64,000 nucleotides of DNA from an uncultured Alphaproteobacteria bacterium (GCA_963801325.1 CAWDES010000020.1:79350-143349); one strand, 5' to 3'. Positions 31,233-42,527 are shown, numbered from the stretch's first letter. Translations and numbers: made by a program. The notes: generated by a model from the sequence alone, not told the origin.

Positions 31233-32132
31233 TTGGAACTGAGGCATCTACGTTATTTCGTCGCGGTGGCCGAGGATGGCTCGGTGACGCGGGCGGCCCG
31301 GCGGCTCAACATGGAGCAACCGCCGTTGAGCCAGCAGATCCGAAAGCTGGAGACAGAACTTGGCGTGCGCCTGTTCGACAGGGTGGCCAAGCGGGTCGTC
31401 TTGAACGCGGCCGGCCGGCAATTCCTCGAGGACGCCCGCCACACACTCGACGCCGCCGCGACAGCGATCGAGCGGGTGCGTCGCTTCGACCGCGGGGAAC
31501 AGGGCCACGTCGCCTGCGGGTTCACCAGTTCGGCGTCACTGCATCACCTCGCACCGAAGCTGATCCGCGCGTTCCGCCAGGCCTACCCGCTGGCGACTTT
31601 CGAGGTGGAAGAGCGGGAGACATTCGAACTGCTCTCCGGCGTCGATCAAAAGCGCCTCGACATCGCGTTTGTCCGCACAGTCGGCTCGGAATTGCCCGCC
31701 TTGGACAGCCTCGTCCTGCACGAGGAAGTGTTCGTGGCGGCGCTGCCATCTGACCACAGGCTTGCCCGATCGGCCTCGCCGGTCTCCCTGTCGGCGTTGA
31801 TGCGAGAACCAATGGTGCTCTATCGACGTCCAGATGGCTTTGGAATCTACGAGGTGCTGATCGATGCGCTGCGTCGGGGCGGGTTTGAGCCGCGGGTGAT
31901 CGAACAGGTTCCCCGCATGATCACCGCGATCAATCTGGTCGCGGCTGGACAGGGAATTTCGCTGGTGCCGGAGTCCATGCGGGCGCTTCACAACGGCAGC
32001 GTCGTCTACCGCAAGCTGGCTGCCGGCGTACTGCCGCCGATGCCGCTGACGCTGGTGTTCCGGCGCGACAATCCTTCGGCGCTGGTGCGCAACTTCATCG
32101 AGGTGGCCCGCAAGGCGGGGCACTCCATTTGA
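31233..32132 (+). CDS. LysR family transcriptional regulator
   Basis: MELRHLRYFVAVAE...AARRL...QPPLSQQIRKLE. Confidence 0.95.
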   Translation: MELRHLRYFVAVAEDGSVTRAARRLNMEQPPLSQQIRKLETELGVRLFDRVAKRVVLNAAGRQFLEDARHTLDAAATAIERVRRFDRGEQGHVACGFTSSASLHHLAPKLIRAFRQAYPLATFEVEERETFELLSGVDQKRLDIAFVRTVGSELPALDSLVLHEEVFVAALPSDHRLARSASPVSLSALMREPMVLYRRPDGFGIYEVLIDALRRGGFEPRVIEQVPRMITAINLVAAGQGISLVPESMRALHNGSVVYRKLAAGVLPPMPLTLVFRRDNPSALVRNFIEVARKAGHSI

Positions 32133-32156
32133 CAAACTGACCGTATTTGTCAAAAT
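32128..32156 (+). promoter_or_regulatory. Palindromic operator overlapping a TTGACA -35 element (TetR autoregulation)
   Basis: TTTGACAAA-N9-TTTGTCAAA directly before the tetR ATG at 32163, with no room for an RBS. Confidence 0.65.
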
Positions 32157-32162
32157 TGTCGA

Positions 32163-32777
32163 ATGGGTTCGTCGGATCGCATTTTGTCGGCGGCGGAAAA
32201 CATCTTCGCAAGGTTTGGCTTCCGGCGCGCGTCGATGAGCCAGATCGCGGAGGAAGCCGGCCTGACGCGGCAGGCGCTCTACCATCATTATGCAAGCAAG
32301 GAGGAGCTGTTTCGGGCCGTCGTCGAACAGCTGCACGAATTCGCCTACGAGGCGGAGGCTGCGGCCGGCCTCGAGCAGGAACAGGCCGGCGGCGGACTTG
32401 CCGATATTCTCGCCGCCCAGATCGGCGCGCGATTTCGCTATTTGCTCGAATGCGTCGAGGAATCGCCGCAAGCCGAAGAACTGATGTCGGAGCATCAGTT
32501 GCAGACCCGCGACCTCTATCAGAGCTTTGTCGAGCACAATGCCGACTTGCGGGCAGAAACGATCGACCGTGTCTGCACGAGGCAATCGCTGACATTGCGC
32601 GATGGCATGACCTCGCGTGAACTCGCCCGCTGCATTCAGATGGCCATCCGCGGCTTCAACAATCTTCGCCTGGACGCGGCGCTGCTGCTTGAGCTCGATC
32701 GAATGGTTCGCCTTCTCGTGGCCGGTGCGATTGCATCCGCCGCGCCTCAACCCCGCGCCAAAAGGAGATCGCGATGA
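32163..32777 (+). CDS. TetR/AcrR family regulator
   Basis: ILSAAENIFARFGF..SM.QIAEEAGLTRQALYHHYASKEELF. Confidence 0.93.
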   Translation: MGSSDRILSAAENIFARFGFRRASMSQIAEEAGLTRQALYHHYASKEELFRAVVEQLHEFAYEAEAAAGLEQEQAGGGLADILAAQIGARFRYLLECVEESPQAEELMSEHQLQTRDLYQSFVEHNADLRAETIDRVCTRQSLTLRDGMTSRELARCIQMAIRGFNNLRLDAALLLELDRMVRLLVAGAIASAAPQPRAKRRSR

Positions 32778-35461
32778 GCACCGTGACGATCAATGGCCGT
32801 ACCGAGACCCTGCCGGATGATCCCGATGCGCTTCTCGTCGATGTGCTTCGTGACGGCCTGGGATTGACCGGAACCAAGCTCGTGTGCGGCGCCGGCGTCT
32901 GCGGCGCCTGCACGGTGTTGCTCGACGGCGTGCCTGTCGTCAGTTGCCTGATGCCGGCAAAGGCCGCCGCCGGCCGAACGATCACCACGGTCGAAGGGAT
33001 CGAGAGCACGACATTGCACCCGATCCAGCGGGCGTTCATGGCGCTCGACGCCTTGCAGTGCGGCTTCTGCACGCCGGGATTTATCGTGGAAGCCACCGCG
33101 TTTCACGACAACTGGCGCAAGGCGCACGGCACCACGACCCCGTCGCGCGAGGAAATTGGCGCGGCGCTCTCGGGTCATCTCTGCCGCTGCGGCGCCTATG
33201 ACAATATTCTTCGTGCGGTGGCTGACGCATGCAGCGGCCGCTTCGACGGCGAGGCAAGCACCGCGCCTCGCGTCGAGGCCCGCGACAAGGTGACGGGCAA
33301 AGCAAAGTATACCGTCGATATCAGGCACGAGGGGCAACTCGAAGGCCTGATCGTTCGTTCATCCGTGGCGCACGGTACGGTCACCGCGCTCGATTTCGCG
33401 CCGGCGCGCGCGCTTCCCGGCGTCATGGCCGTGATTCCGCTGCTCGCCGACGACAAGACCGTGCGCTATGTCGGTGAACCGATCGCGGCGGTCGCGGCAG
33501 CAGATCAAATCACCGCCCGGAAAGCCGCAGCCGCCATCCTCGTCAGCTATGAACAGCGACCCGTCGGCCGTCGGACTCGACGCCGCGCGCAAGGCGGACG
33601 CGCCTGTTGTGTTCGAGCGGTCGAGCCGAAAGAAAGCGGCTAACGTCTCCGAAGGCTCTCCCGCGCCAGCACCCTGGAAGCAGAACGTGCGCGGCCCATC
33701 CGCCGCGTTCTCGCACAAGGCCAGGAAGGTGCGCAGCGACATTGCCGACGCGGCCAACGATCCACTGCTGGTCAAGGGCATCTTTCATACCGCAGGCCAG
33801 TCGCATAGCTGCCTCGAACCGCACGCCACCGTCGCGCGCTTCGACGGCGATCACCTGACCCTGCACGTCTCCACGCAAGCGGTCTTCCATGTGATGGAGC
33901 TGGTCGCCAAGCGATACAAGCTCGACCACGACAAGGTGCGCGTGATCGCCGACCATGTCGGCGGCGGGTTCGGTTCAAAGGCAAGTCTCGGCGTCGACAC
34001 GATCGCGGCGATCGAATTGGCGCGCGCCGCCAAGGCGCCGGTTCGCGTCGCGCTCGATCGTCACGATGAACTCTCGGTCACCGGACATCGCCCGGGCACC
34101 GAGATCGACATCGCGCTGTTGCCTTCGCGCGAGGGCAATCTCAAGGCGCTGTCGTTGACGGCATGGTCCGACAACGGCGCCGGCGTCAATTCCACCATCG
34201 CAGCCCTCGCGCGCTTGATCTATCCCGCAGAAGCCAAGTCGCTGGTCGACTTCGACGTCGTCAGCAATCTGCCGCCGGGAGCGCCGTTTCGAGGCCCGGG
34301 CGGGCCTCCGATGGCTTTCGCGCTCGAACAGGCGGTCGATGAAGCCGCGCTTCGCCTGCAGATCGATCCGATCAAACTGCGTCAGCGCTGGGACACCGAT
34401 CCCAATCGTCAGCGTCTCTATGAGTGGGCCGCCGGCTTGGACGTGTGGCGCAACAGCAAGCCCGCGTCGTCAAAGAGCGGACGCTATCGCCGCGGTGTCG
34501 GCGTCGCGAGCGGCTATTGGCTTTATTTCTGGCAACCGGGTTCGAAGGTCGAACTGGCGATCAAAGGCGGGCGGCTGGTCGCAAGCACCGCGATCCAGGA
34601 CATCGGCACCGGAAGCCGAAGCGTGATTGCCAACACCGTTGCGCACGAATTCGGGCTCGACCCGCACGAGGTCGAAGTGCAGGATCGGAGATTCGATCCT
34701 CCCCGAAGGGCCGGGTTCAGGCGGCAGCCGGACCACGGCCTCGATCGTGCCGCCGACGCTGCTCGCAATCCGGAAACTCAAGGCCGCGATCGAGAACAAC
34801 GCGAAACGAAAACCCGAGCCCGGCTCCAATGCGCCATGGCGCGAGCTGATTGCCGCATCCGGCGACATCAGCGTGGCGGCGACGCGCCCGGAGGATGGCC
34901 GAAACCTTGCCCCGGGCGTTCGCTCGCCGCTGAAGCAAGCAGGCTTCATGGGAGCTATATTCGGCTGGATGCTGCGGCGGTTCTCGAACCTCGCGGTCGG
35001 CGCCGGCGTTCCGAGCTCGGTTCAGGTGATCGAAGTCGAGGTCGATACCTGGCTTGGTCACGTACGCGTGCTCAACGTTCATACCGGAATTGCGGTCGGC
35101 AAGCTCGCCGCACCGGCGCTGGCGCGAAGCCAGGCCGCCGGGTCGGTCATCCAGGGCATCGGCTATGCGCTCTACGAAGCCCGCGAAGCCGATCCTCTCC
35201 GCGGACACATTCTCACGGCCGGTCTTGAGGACTACCGCATCCCCGGCATCGCCGACACGCCCGACATCGATATTCATTTCGACGAAGCCGGATTCGATCA
35301 CGTGCTCGGCGGCAGCGTCGGCATCGGCGAGGTCGCAACGGTTCCGACGTCGCCGGCGATTGCGAATGCGGTCCGCAACGCGATCGGCGTTCGCGCCAAC
35401 GCGCTGCCGATCCGCCCCGACCGTCTGCTCGCTCTCCTGAATCCAGAGGAGCGTCGCATGA
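32774..35461 (+). CDS. Xanthine dehydrogenase-family Mo-hydroxylase, [2Fe-2S] domain fused to the molybdopterin subunit (frameshifts near 33561, 34679, probably 35443)
   Basis: CGAGVCGAC, QCGFCTPG, LCRCGAY, then KVTGKAKY, GGGFGSK, FRGPG, QGIGYAL, GIGE. Confidence 0.88.
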
Positions 35462-36370
35462 TCAACTCAGCAGCATCAGCGGAATTTCGCGCCGCCGGGA
35501 CCGATCTTTCCGAACGGAGACGCAGCGGCGTTTCGCGCGGACCGCTTGTCGATCTCGTTCGTCCTGCGGGAATCGCAGACATCGCCTGGGCCGAGGACGG
35601 CAAGGCGCGGCTTTCCGCGTTCGCGACCATCGCGACGCTCGCGAGCGATGCGAGATTCAAGGCGCGCCTATCCGGGACTGGCCGCCGCGGCCGGTGGATT
35701 GGCGACGCCGCAGATCAGGCAGGTCGCCACGCTTGGCGGCAACCTCGCCCAACGCTCGCGCTGCTGGTATTTCCGCGATCCACACATTCCCTGCCTCAAG
35801 AAGGGCGGCGATGATTGCCCGGCTCGCGACGGCAACCACCTTTACGGCGTTGCCTTCGACCTCGGCCCCTGCGTCGCGCCGCATCCGTCGACGATGGCTG
35901 CGGCACTCCTGGCCTATGACGCCACCGTCACGACGAACCGGCGCCAGCATCTCGGCATCAAGGATTTGTTGGGGGATGGCTCGAATGGCCGCGCCGATCA
36001 CGATCTTGAGCCGGGCGAGATCATCGAGAGCATCGATCTCGGAATTCCCGTCGCCGACGAGCGCGCGCTTTACCGGCGCGCCATCAGCCGAAGTCATGCG
36101 GAATGGCCGCTGGTGGAAGTCGTCGTTCGCGCGGTGATCTCGGGTGGAACGTTTGGGCTGGTCCGCATTGCGGCCGGCGGAATTGCGCCGGTGCCGATCC
36201 GCCTCGCCGCGACGGAGGGCGCGTTGCAAGACGCCGCCGTGAATGAGGCAACCATCGAACGCGCGGTTGCACTATCCACGGGCGGCGCCAAGCCATTGGC
36301 GATGACAGGCTACAAGCTGGATCTTCTTCGGGGGCTATTGCGGGATCTGCTCGAGAAGATCACCGCCTAG
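35458..36370 (+). CDS. FAD-binding subunit of the Mo-hydroxylase (PaoB/YagS-like), frameshift near 35664
   Basis: AAGTDL, TPQIRQVATLGGNLAQRSRCWYFR, C.KKGG..CPA Cys insert, GGIAPVP. Confidence 0.85.
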
Positions 36371-36405
36371 CGCCCCGATCGTGCTATCGCGCCTGCGTCG
36401 CCTCG

Positions 36406-37050
36406 TTACTTCGAGGCCACGGTCGCGATGCGCGACCACTCGTCCATCTGAACGCGGGCAACGAGCTTGTAACCACCGTCGGCGGGACGGAAGATCGACG
36501 CCTCGCCTTCCTTGACGTCGAACCAGTCCTTGCCGAGCGCGGCAACGATATTCGGCTGATGCGTGATGAGGATCGTATTGGTGTGATCCGTCGGCGCGAC
36601 CGCGAGCATCTTCCGGAAGGCTTCGGCGCGGCGGTTGTTCTCGTTCGGCGTGACGATCAATCCGCCTTCGGTCAGGTCTGTCGTCTTCTCGACGTTCTTG
36701 AAGCCGGCAATGACGGCCGTCTCGTAGGCACGGTTAAATTTGCTGGTATAGACCTTGCCGACGGGAACGCCGGCCTGGCGCAGCGCGTCGCCGAACGCCT
36801 TCGCCAATGCCTTGCCCTTGTCGTTCAGGTTGCGCTGTGATGAGACGTCGTCGAAGTTGATCGGAGCGGCATCGGCCTGATCCGAAAATGTCGCGCCGTG
36901 CCGCACGACGACAACGAGACCGCCGGCGCGCAAGGCCTGTGCGATATCCTTGTCGTCGGCACGCGCGGCCGGAGCAGCCATGGCGAACGTGGTGAAGAGA
37001 CCGACCGAGGCCACAAGCGCAGTAATCGATTTTGAAATGGTAAACATCAT
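36406..37050 (-). CDS. Exported histidine phosphatase family protein
   Basis: Signal peptide, VRHG, QRNL...G, TSKFNRAYETA, ITH. Confidence 0.85.
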   Translation of the reverse strand: MMFTISKSITALVASVGLFTTFAMAAPAARADDKDIAQALRAGGLVVVVRHGATFSDQADAAPINFDDVSSQRNLNDKGKALAKAFGDALRQAGVPVGKVYTSKFNRAYETAVIAGFKNVEKTTDLTEGGLIVTPNENNRRAEAFRKMLAVAPTDHTNTILITHQPNIVAALGKDWFDVKEGEASIFRPADGGYKLVARVQMDEWSRIATVASK

Positions 37051-37108
37051 CTAAGTTCCTTTTTCCGATCCAGACCCATCCGCTCCAAAGACTTCTCAAG
37101 CATTGGTT

Positions 37109-37736
37109 TTATTCCGCGGTATTTCTTGCCAGCGCCGGCGCGAATTTCCTACGCGCCGACTTCGGCGGCAACATGCGCTGCAATACACCGTCGCGCAAAA
37201 CCAGACGATGGAACAGCGCGGCACCGGCATGAAGGCCGATGAGAACCATCAGCGCCTTGGCGCCGATTTCATGAGCTTCCGCGAACAGGCCGCGCAGGGC
37301 AGGATTGGGTTCCAGCAGCACGGGCACCTGCCAGAACAACAAATCGAAAGGCTGGCTGCGCAGAAGCGTCCGGGCCAGTCCCGTGATCGGCATCGCCAGT
37401 AACAGCAAATAGAGGCCGTATTCATTGGCTTTTGCGATCATTTGCTGAGATTTCGGCATACTGGCCGGAAACGGCGGCAGATAGGCAAAGCAGCGCCGCC
37501 ACACGAGACGCGCCACCACGACGAACCAGGTCAAGACGCCCGCGGTCCGATGCAGCGACAAGAGCGCCACTGCGGTACCACTGTGATGTCCGGCGGCTTC
37601 GTGCGCCCAGGCGCTCGCAAACTGAACGACGATCAGAAGCACGGTCAACCAATGCAGCATGATGCTGGTTCGGTCGAAGCGATCATGCGCCGGCGTCGGG
37701 CGCGATGATTTCCGCTGTTCCTAAATTTTTTGTCAT
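37109..37736 (-). CDS. Cytochrome b561 (probable frameshift in the 5' A-run)
   Basis: RFDRTSIMLHW, LHRTAG, AHE, LHAGAALFH...RDGVLQRM. The likely ATG at 37736 is one frame off the body. Confidence 0.85.
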
Positions 37737-37785
37737 GTCGATCCACTCCGGTCCTTTGCTCGGCGTCAGCTCGATGCCGAGAGAA

Positions 37786-37811
37786 GACTGGAACGGTCGC
37801 GGCTTTATTCC
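37786..37811 (-). promoter_or_regulatory. Possible ECF sigma promoter for the cytochrome b561 gene
   Basis: GGAAT(AAA)-N17-AGTC on the minus strand. Confidence 0.3.
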
Positions 37812-37882
37812 TTGCCGGGTTTGCTTGACGGTGCGCGCTCGCTTAACGGTCACGGTAATTTAAGACCGATAGCAACTCGCGA

Positions 37883-38446
37883 TCACAACATGATGATCTC
37901 GTTGCGCCGGCGCTCGGCCGCTTTCGCCACGGCTTCCGTTCGGGTGCGCGCGCCGAGTTTTCGAAACAGCGATTCAACGTGAAATTTTACCGTATGCAGC
38001 GAGATGTCCAGGCGGCGCGCGATGGCCTTGTTGGTCAGCCCTTCGGAGAGCGCGGCGAGCACTTCGAGTTCGCGCGGCGTCAGCAGCGCATGACCTTCGC
38101 TTTCACGCATGACGCCAAAGCCGCTGTCGCGAGATGGCGGTGCGCGCACGATGAGACCTGACGCCACCGCGCGGATCGCCGCATCGATCTGGCGCGCATC
38201 GGCCTCGCGCGGCAAGGCACCACGCAGGCGGTCATCGGCGGTGCCGAGCCCGACGACGTTGCGCGCCTCTTCCGCCGGAAGGTTGCCATCGGCCAGCACG
38301 ACATCGGCCTCGGCCTCAAGACCGACAACCATATGCCCGGCTTCGGCGAGCATCTTGCACAGCGCGGCGCGGCGAAGCGGGTCGTCCGCATGGACGGCGA
38401 CCCGCAGCCGCTGAACCAGATCGATGTTGCTTGCCAGTTCGCTCAC
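37883..38446 (-). CDS. LuxR/NarL-type regulator with a short, degenerate receiver-like domain
   Basis: GTG start overlapping the upstream stop. LTPRELEVL...[25 protein letters not shown]. Confidence 0.88.
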   Translation of the reverse strand: MSELASNIDLVQRLRVAVHADDPLRRAALCKMLAEAGHMVVGLEAEADVVLADGNLPAEEARNVVGLGTADDRLRGALPREADARQIDAAIRAVASGLIVRAPPSRDSGFGVMRESEGHALLTPRELEVLAALSEGLTNKAIARRLDISLHTVKFHVESLFRKLGARTRTEAVAKAAERRRNEIIML

Positions 38447-39347
38447 GCAGCCCGCCGTTCCGCAATGGTGGTCTGGATCGTGACGATGAGCACCGCCCCG
38501 GATCACGCGAACATCGGCCTTGCGTCCGATGCTGTCGCCGCCGAAATAGCGGGCGATCTTGCGGAAACGATTGGCCGCGATGCCGTCGACACTCAGGATA
38601 ATGTCGCCAGCGACGATCCCCGCTTGCGCAGCCGGACCGTTCTCAACGACCGACATCACCATCATCCCGCTCGACGGATCCGTGTTCTCGCGCAAGGCGT
38701 CAGGCACCGCGACCGCATGAAGCGCGACGCCAAGCCAGCCGCGCGACACGTGACCGTCCTTGACGAGTTGCGGCACCACGCGCGCCAGCGTCGCGTGCGG
38801 AATGACGATCACCTGACCACGCGGCCCGAAGGTCGACATGCCGAGTGCACCACCCGCGGCATCGAAGACCGGCCCGCCCTCTTCCCGCGATGCAAGCTGC
38901 ATATCCAGCACGATGCGCCGGTCGATCAGCCCGCCGCGGCGCGAATGCCATTCGCCACCGGCCATATTGACCATGCCCAACCGTGCACTCACACCGCCAG
39001 CGCCATCGGCGCCGATCGCGAGCGCAAGCGCGCCGACACTCGCCTCCGCCGCGGTGAAGAACCGGCGCGGCGATCGGCCCGGCTGTTTTCAGGATCGCGA
39101 TGTTGGTGCTGGCGTCGCGTCCGGCAAGCTTGGCCGCCGCCGTTGCGCCGCCGGGCAGAACCAACTCAAAATCTTCGCCGCGCGGCAGCGCCTGTTCGGA
39201 AACGACAACAACGCCTGGCTGCCACACCAGTCCGGTGAGGTGCCTTCCTTCACTTAAGGTGACGGCAACGACGGCGTCCTTCGCGGCTTCCGCGCGCGCC
39301 GAGAGCGCCGTCGACAGTTGGCTGAGTGCGTCTGATGGAAATGCCAT
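38443..39347 (-). CDS. S1C (HtrA-like) trypsin-fold + PDZ protein, catalytically degenerate (frameshifts near 39050 and 38490)
   Basis: [50 protein letters not shown] (PDZ). Confidence 0.82.
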
Positions 39348-39457
39348 GCGTTGCTCCTATCGCTGAAGATAGGCACTAAACTGCGGAATGCATCGCCTTC
39401 AGACTATCGGCCGGACGGCCGGGATTGTCCCGGCCGTTTGACCGGGCAGAGGGCCGG

Positions 39458-39593
39458 CGTCATTCCGGGATGCGCCGTCGCGACAAATAGCGAAGCTATT
39501 TGCGCGGAAGGAGCAGGCCCGGAATCCATTGCGCGACAAACTCCGAGGAAAATGGATTCCGGGTTCGCGCTTTTCGCGCGCCCCGGAATGACG
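39458..39593. repeat. REP/RIME-like palindromic intergenic element
   Basis: Terminal inverted repeat cgtcattccgg...ccggaatgacg and inner inverted repeat cccggaatccatt...aatggattccggg. Confidence 0.75.
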
Positions 39594-39611
39594 AGAGTTT
39601 GATGCCGTTCG

Positions 39612-41631
39612 TCACGCCGTCGAGCCGCCGTTGGTCCGAGGCGTCGCCTTCGGCGCTTCGTCCTTCAGCCGCGCCAGCGCATCCGGCATCATCTGGCCGA
39701 ACATCGAACTCAACATCGCGGTCGGAATGAGCCCCGCGCCATTGCTATTCTCCTGACCTTGTCCGCCGGACATCAGGAATTGCGGCACCAGCGGCTGGTT
39801 GATCTTGGTCAAGGCTTCGGCGAACCGCGAGAAGTTCTGCTCGGCAAGGCGGAACTCCGGGCCCACCATAGGCATCGACCGCAAGCTTGGTGGCTTGCGC
39901 GTTCGCCGCACCGACCGCAAGCACGCGATCGGCCTCGCCCTGGCCCTCGAGCCGCGACTGCTCGCCGACCGCGGCCGCCGTCACCTTGCGGGTCTCGGCG
40001 TCCTTCATGGCGCGCGCGAGCGCCGCCGCGCCCTCGTTTTCGTTGACCTTGACCTGAATGAGCGACTGCGTCAGCGCCGACTGCGCCGCAGCGGTCGCCT
40101 TCGCTTCGTTCAAGGTGCGCTCCTGGATCGCGGCCCGCTCCTGCTCCTGATAGGTCTCGACCTGCTCGCGCGCAATCTGGCGCGACCGCAACTGGATCAG
40201 GATGTTCTCGATGGTATGGTCGCCGGCCGGCGCGCGCGGCGTGCCGATCAGGACTTCCTGGAGATCGAGCGAATAAGATTCGAACTTCGCCTTCATCTCG
40301 TTCGCGGATTCTTCCTGGATCGCGGCGCGATTTTGCAGGAGTTCGATCAGCGTCATCTTCTGTGCGATATTCTTGAAGAACGCGCTGACCATCGGGTCGA
40401 GCGTCTGCTCGACCAGCTTCTTCACGTCGCCGAAACGCTGAATGATCATCGGCGCCTTCTTGTAGTCGATGTGCATCACCACGGAGAGCGGCAATGTCGG
40501 CTCAAACGCGTCCTTGGTGATCAGCGAAATCTCCGACAGGTTCTCATCTAACTTCATCGCCCCGACTTCGCCGCGCACCCATTTCAGGATGAAGTTGACG
40601 GTCGGAATGATCTCGATTTTGCCGGCATAGGTGTTGAAGGCGTATTTGCCGGGCAGCAGCGGATCTTTCCAGACGCCGCGGCTGCCGTTCAGCACCAGTT
40701 CGCCGTGGCGATATTGCTCGCCCGAGACGTCGTCGGTCCGGGGGCCGGTATAGAAAATGACGACGCCGACATTGCCGACCGGGATCACCGTCTTCGGCAC
40801 CAACTCGACGGTCGCGAACAGGCGATTGATGTACCAGGTGCCTTCGACGATGATCTGCAACTGACGGCCGCGATAGCCGCCGGCATTCAGGAATTTTTCC
40901 GGCTCCTGGAAGTTGTTGTGAAATGTCTCCTGGTCGCGCAGATCGATCCCGACCTCGGGCGCGATGATTTCGCCGGGAGGCAGCGACGGACCATCGTGAA
41001 CCGTCACGACGCCGACGAGATCCTGGTTCGCAGCCAGAATCACCGGGGTAAATCCCCAGCGTTCGCTGATGGTCAGTTGCATGCTGTCGAGGACAGCGCG
41101 TTCCTGGCCACTCAGCGCATGCCCATAGACACGCTCGTCGGTGATGATCGCGAACTGCGTGGTGTTGATCGCGTAGGTGCCTTCGCGGAGAATCTTCCGC
41201 TGCGGGCCTTTTTGGCCGCCAGCGAGCAAAAATCGGCGCGCGTTCTGAAAGTCCGATTTGTCTTCGGTGTCGTTGGTGCCGAGCACCTGCGAAGCGCCGA
41301 GCGGCGCACCGTCGCGCGCGAACACGTAAGCGATCTTGCCCTGCCCGACCGTGACCAGATCCGATTTGTGGATCCGGTACATGAACGGGAAGAACACGTG
41401 CAGGCCGCCGCGCAGCACTTCGGGCTCGTAACCGGCTTCACCATTCAAGGCGATGAAGCCTTCTTCGATCGAGCCTTTGGTCGACCATAGCTTTTCGACG
41501 ATACCGACCTGGTTGTTCGATATGTAGCGGAAGATATTGGCGATACGCAGCAAGATGAGAAAAGCGACGACTGCGGCAACCCAGAGAGCGAGGTGGGTGG
41601 TAAAACCAGCAGCAACGTTATTGACGTCCAT
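39612..41631 (-). CDS. SPFH/flotillin-like membrane protein with duplicated N-terminal module (frameshift near 39862)
   Basis: N-terminal TM. Two copies of DG..L....(D/N)FQ...FL.AGG.(K/R)G.Q..I..EGT..IN. SPFH core LITKDAFEP, then an AEA-rich coiled coil. Confidence 0.85.
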
Positions 41632-42060
41632 TTGACATCTCCAATGCCTGCAATCGATCCATCCGATGGGGATACAGCTCAAAATTGCAGGGATGCGGAT
41701 GTGGCCGCGCGCCGGCGCTTCCACAAGATGCGACCGATGGGGTGATCGCGATAATCTTTAGTCGGATCGAATTGTGACAAGCAGGCCGTTAAATCGTTGG
41801 ATTCATTGATAGCGATGACGGCGTCATGACAGCAACGACCGAACACCCGGTAGCCGGCTATTGCGTTCGCCTGGAAGTTGCAACTGACTTGCACCATCAA
41901 TGGCAATTCAACGAAATTGCGGTCGACCGAAAGCGTTGATCGTTGCCGGTTGGTCGAGCGGACAGCGGCGCGGGTTCACGTCGCCGCCGGAGGTCATGAA
42001 CCCGGCGGCCACTCGGAGCGACCGATTGCTACGAATACATTTCAAGCGCGGGAGAATTCA

Positions 42061-42462
42061 ATGTTCGTTACTGTTTGGAACAAGCGCACGATTACCGCGA
42101 TGACATTTGTCGGAGCTTTCCTCGCTGCAAACCTTGTTGGATCAGGTCTGGTCGAGGCCGAGACTGCCAAAACCGCCAAGGTGAATTACCGCAATGGGTC
42201 CAAAGTCCCGATCCAGGTATTTCTGTACGACGAAGTAGGAAAGCAGACTGTCGTGAAATACAACGAAATCACGCCAGGCGGGAGCGGCTCGGCGGAAGTT
42301 ACGGTGAAATATGATGGCAACGTGGACATGACCTACCGGGTCCTCGTGAAGAATGCCAAGGGCGTTTTCGATGGGGACCAGCATTGCAAACCCATCAAGA
42401 CAAGCGCCGGGTCCGCATCGGCAACGACCGAACTGGTCTTCGAAAAGCTCTCCAAGTGCTAG
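42061..42462 (+). CDS. Hypothetical exported beta-rich protein
   Basis: GGAG RBS, signal peptide ending VEA, two Cys. Confidence 0.7.
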   Translation: MFVTVWNKRTITAMTFVGAFLAANLVGSGLVEAETAKTAKVNYRNGSKVPIQVFLYDEVGKQTVVKYNEITPGGSGSAEVTVKYDGNVDMTYRVLVKNAKGVFDGDQHCKPIKTSAGSASATTELVFEKLSKC

Positions 42463-42527
42463 CAAGCGCCAGGGAGCTCAGGACCAAAAGCAGACATCAG
42501 CGGGACGCCTCGGCGCACGCTCATCGG

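Noticed and set aside
35430-35470. Apparent in-frame fusion of Mo subunit and FAD subunit (ORF 34627-35814)
   Set aside because: Removing one base near 35443 gives ...GTC GCA TGA with a classic ATGA overlap and a GAGGAG RBS, so an indel artefact is more likely.
37883-38992. PDZ-LuxR fusion protein (369-aa ORF)
   Set aside because: Out-of-frame junk ([10 protein letters not shown]) at the junction and a GTGA stop/start overlap at 38443-38446 show two genes joined by a frameshift.
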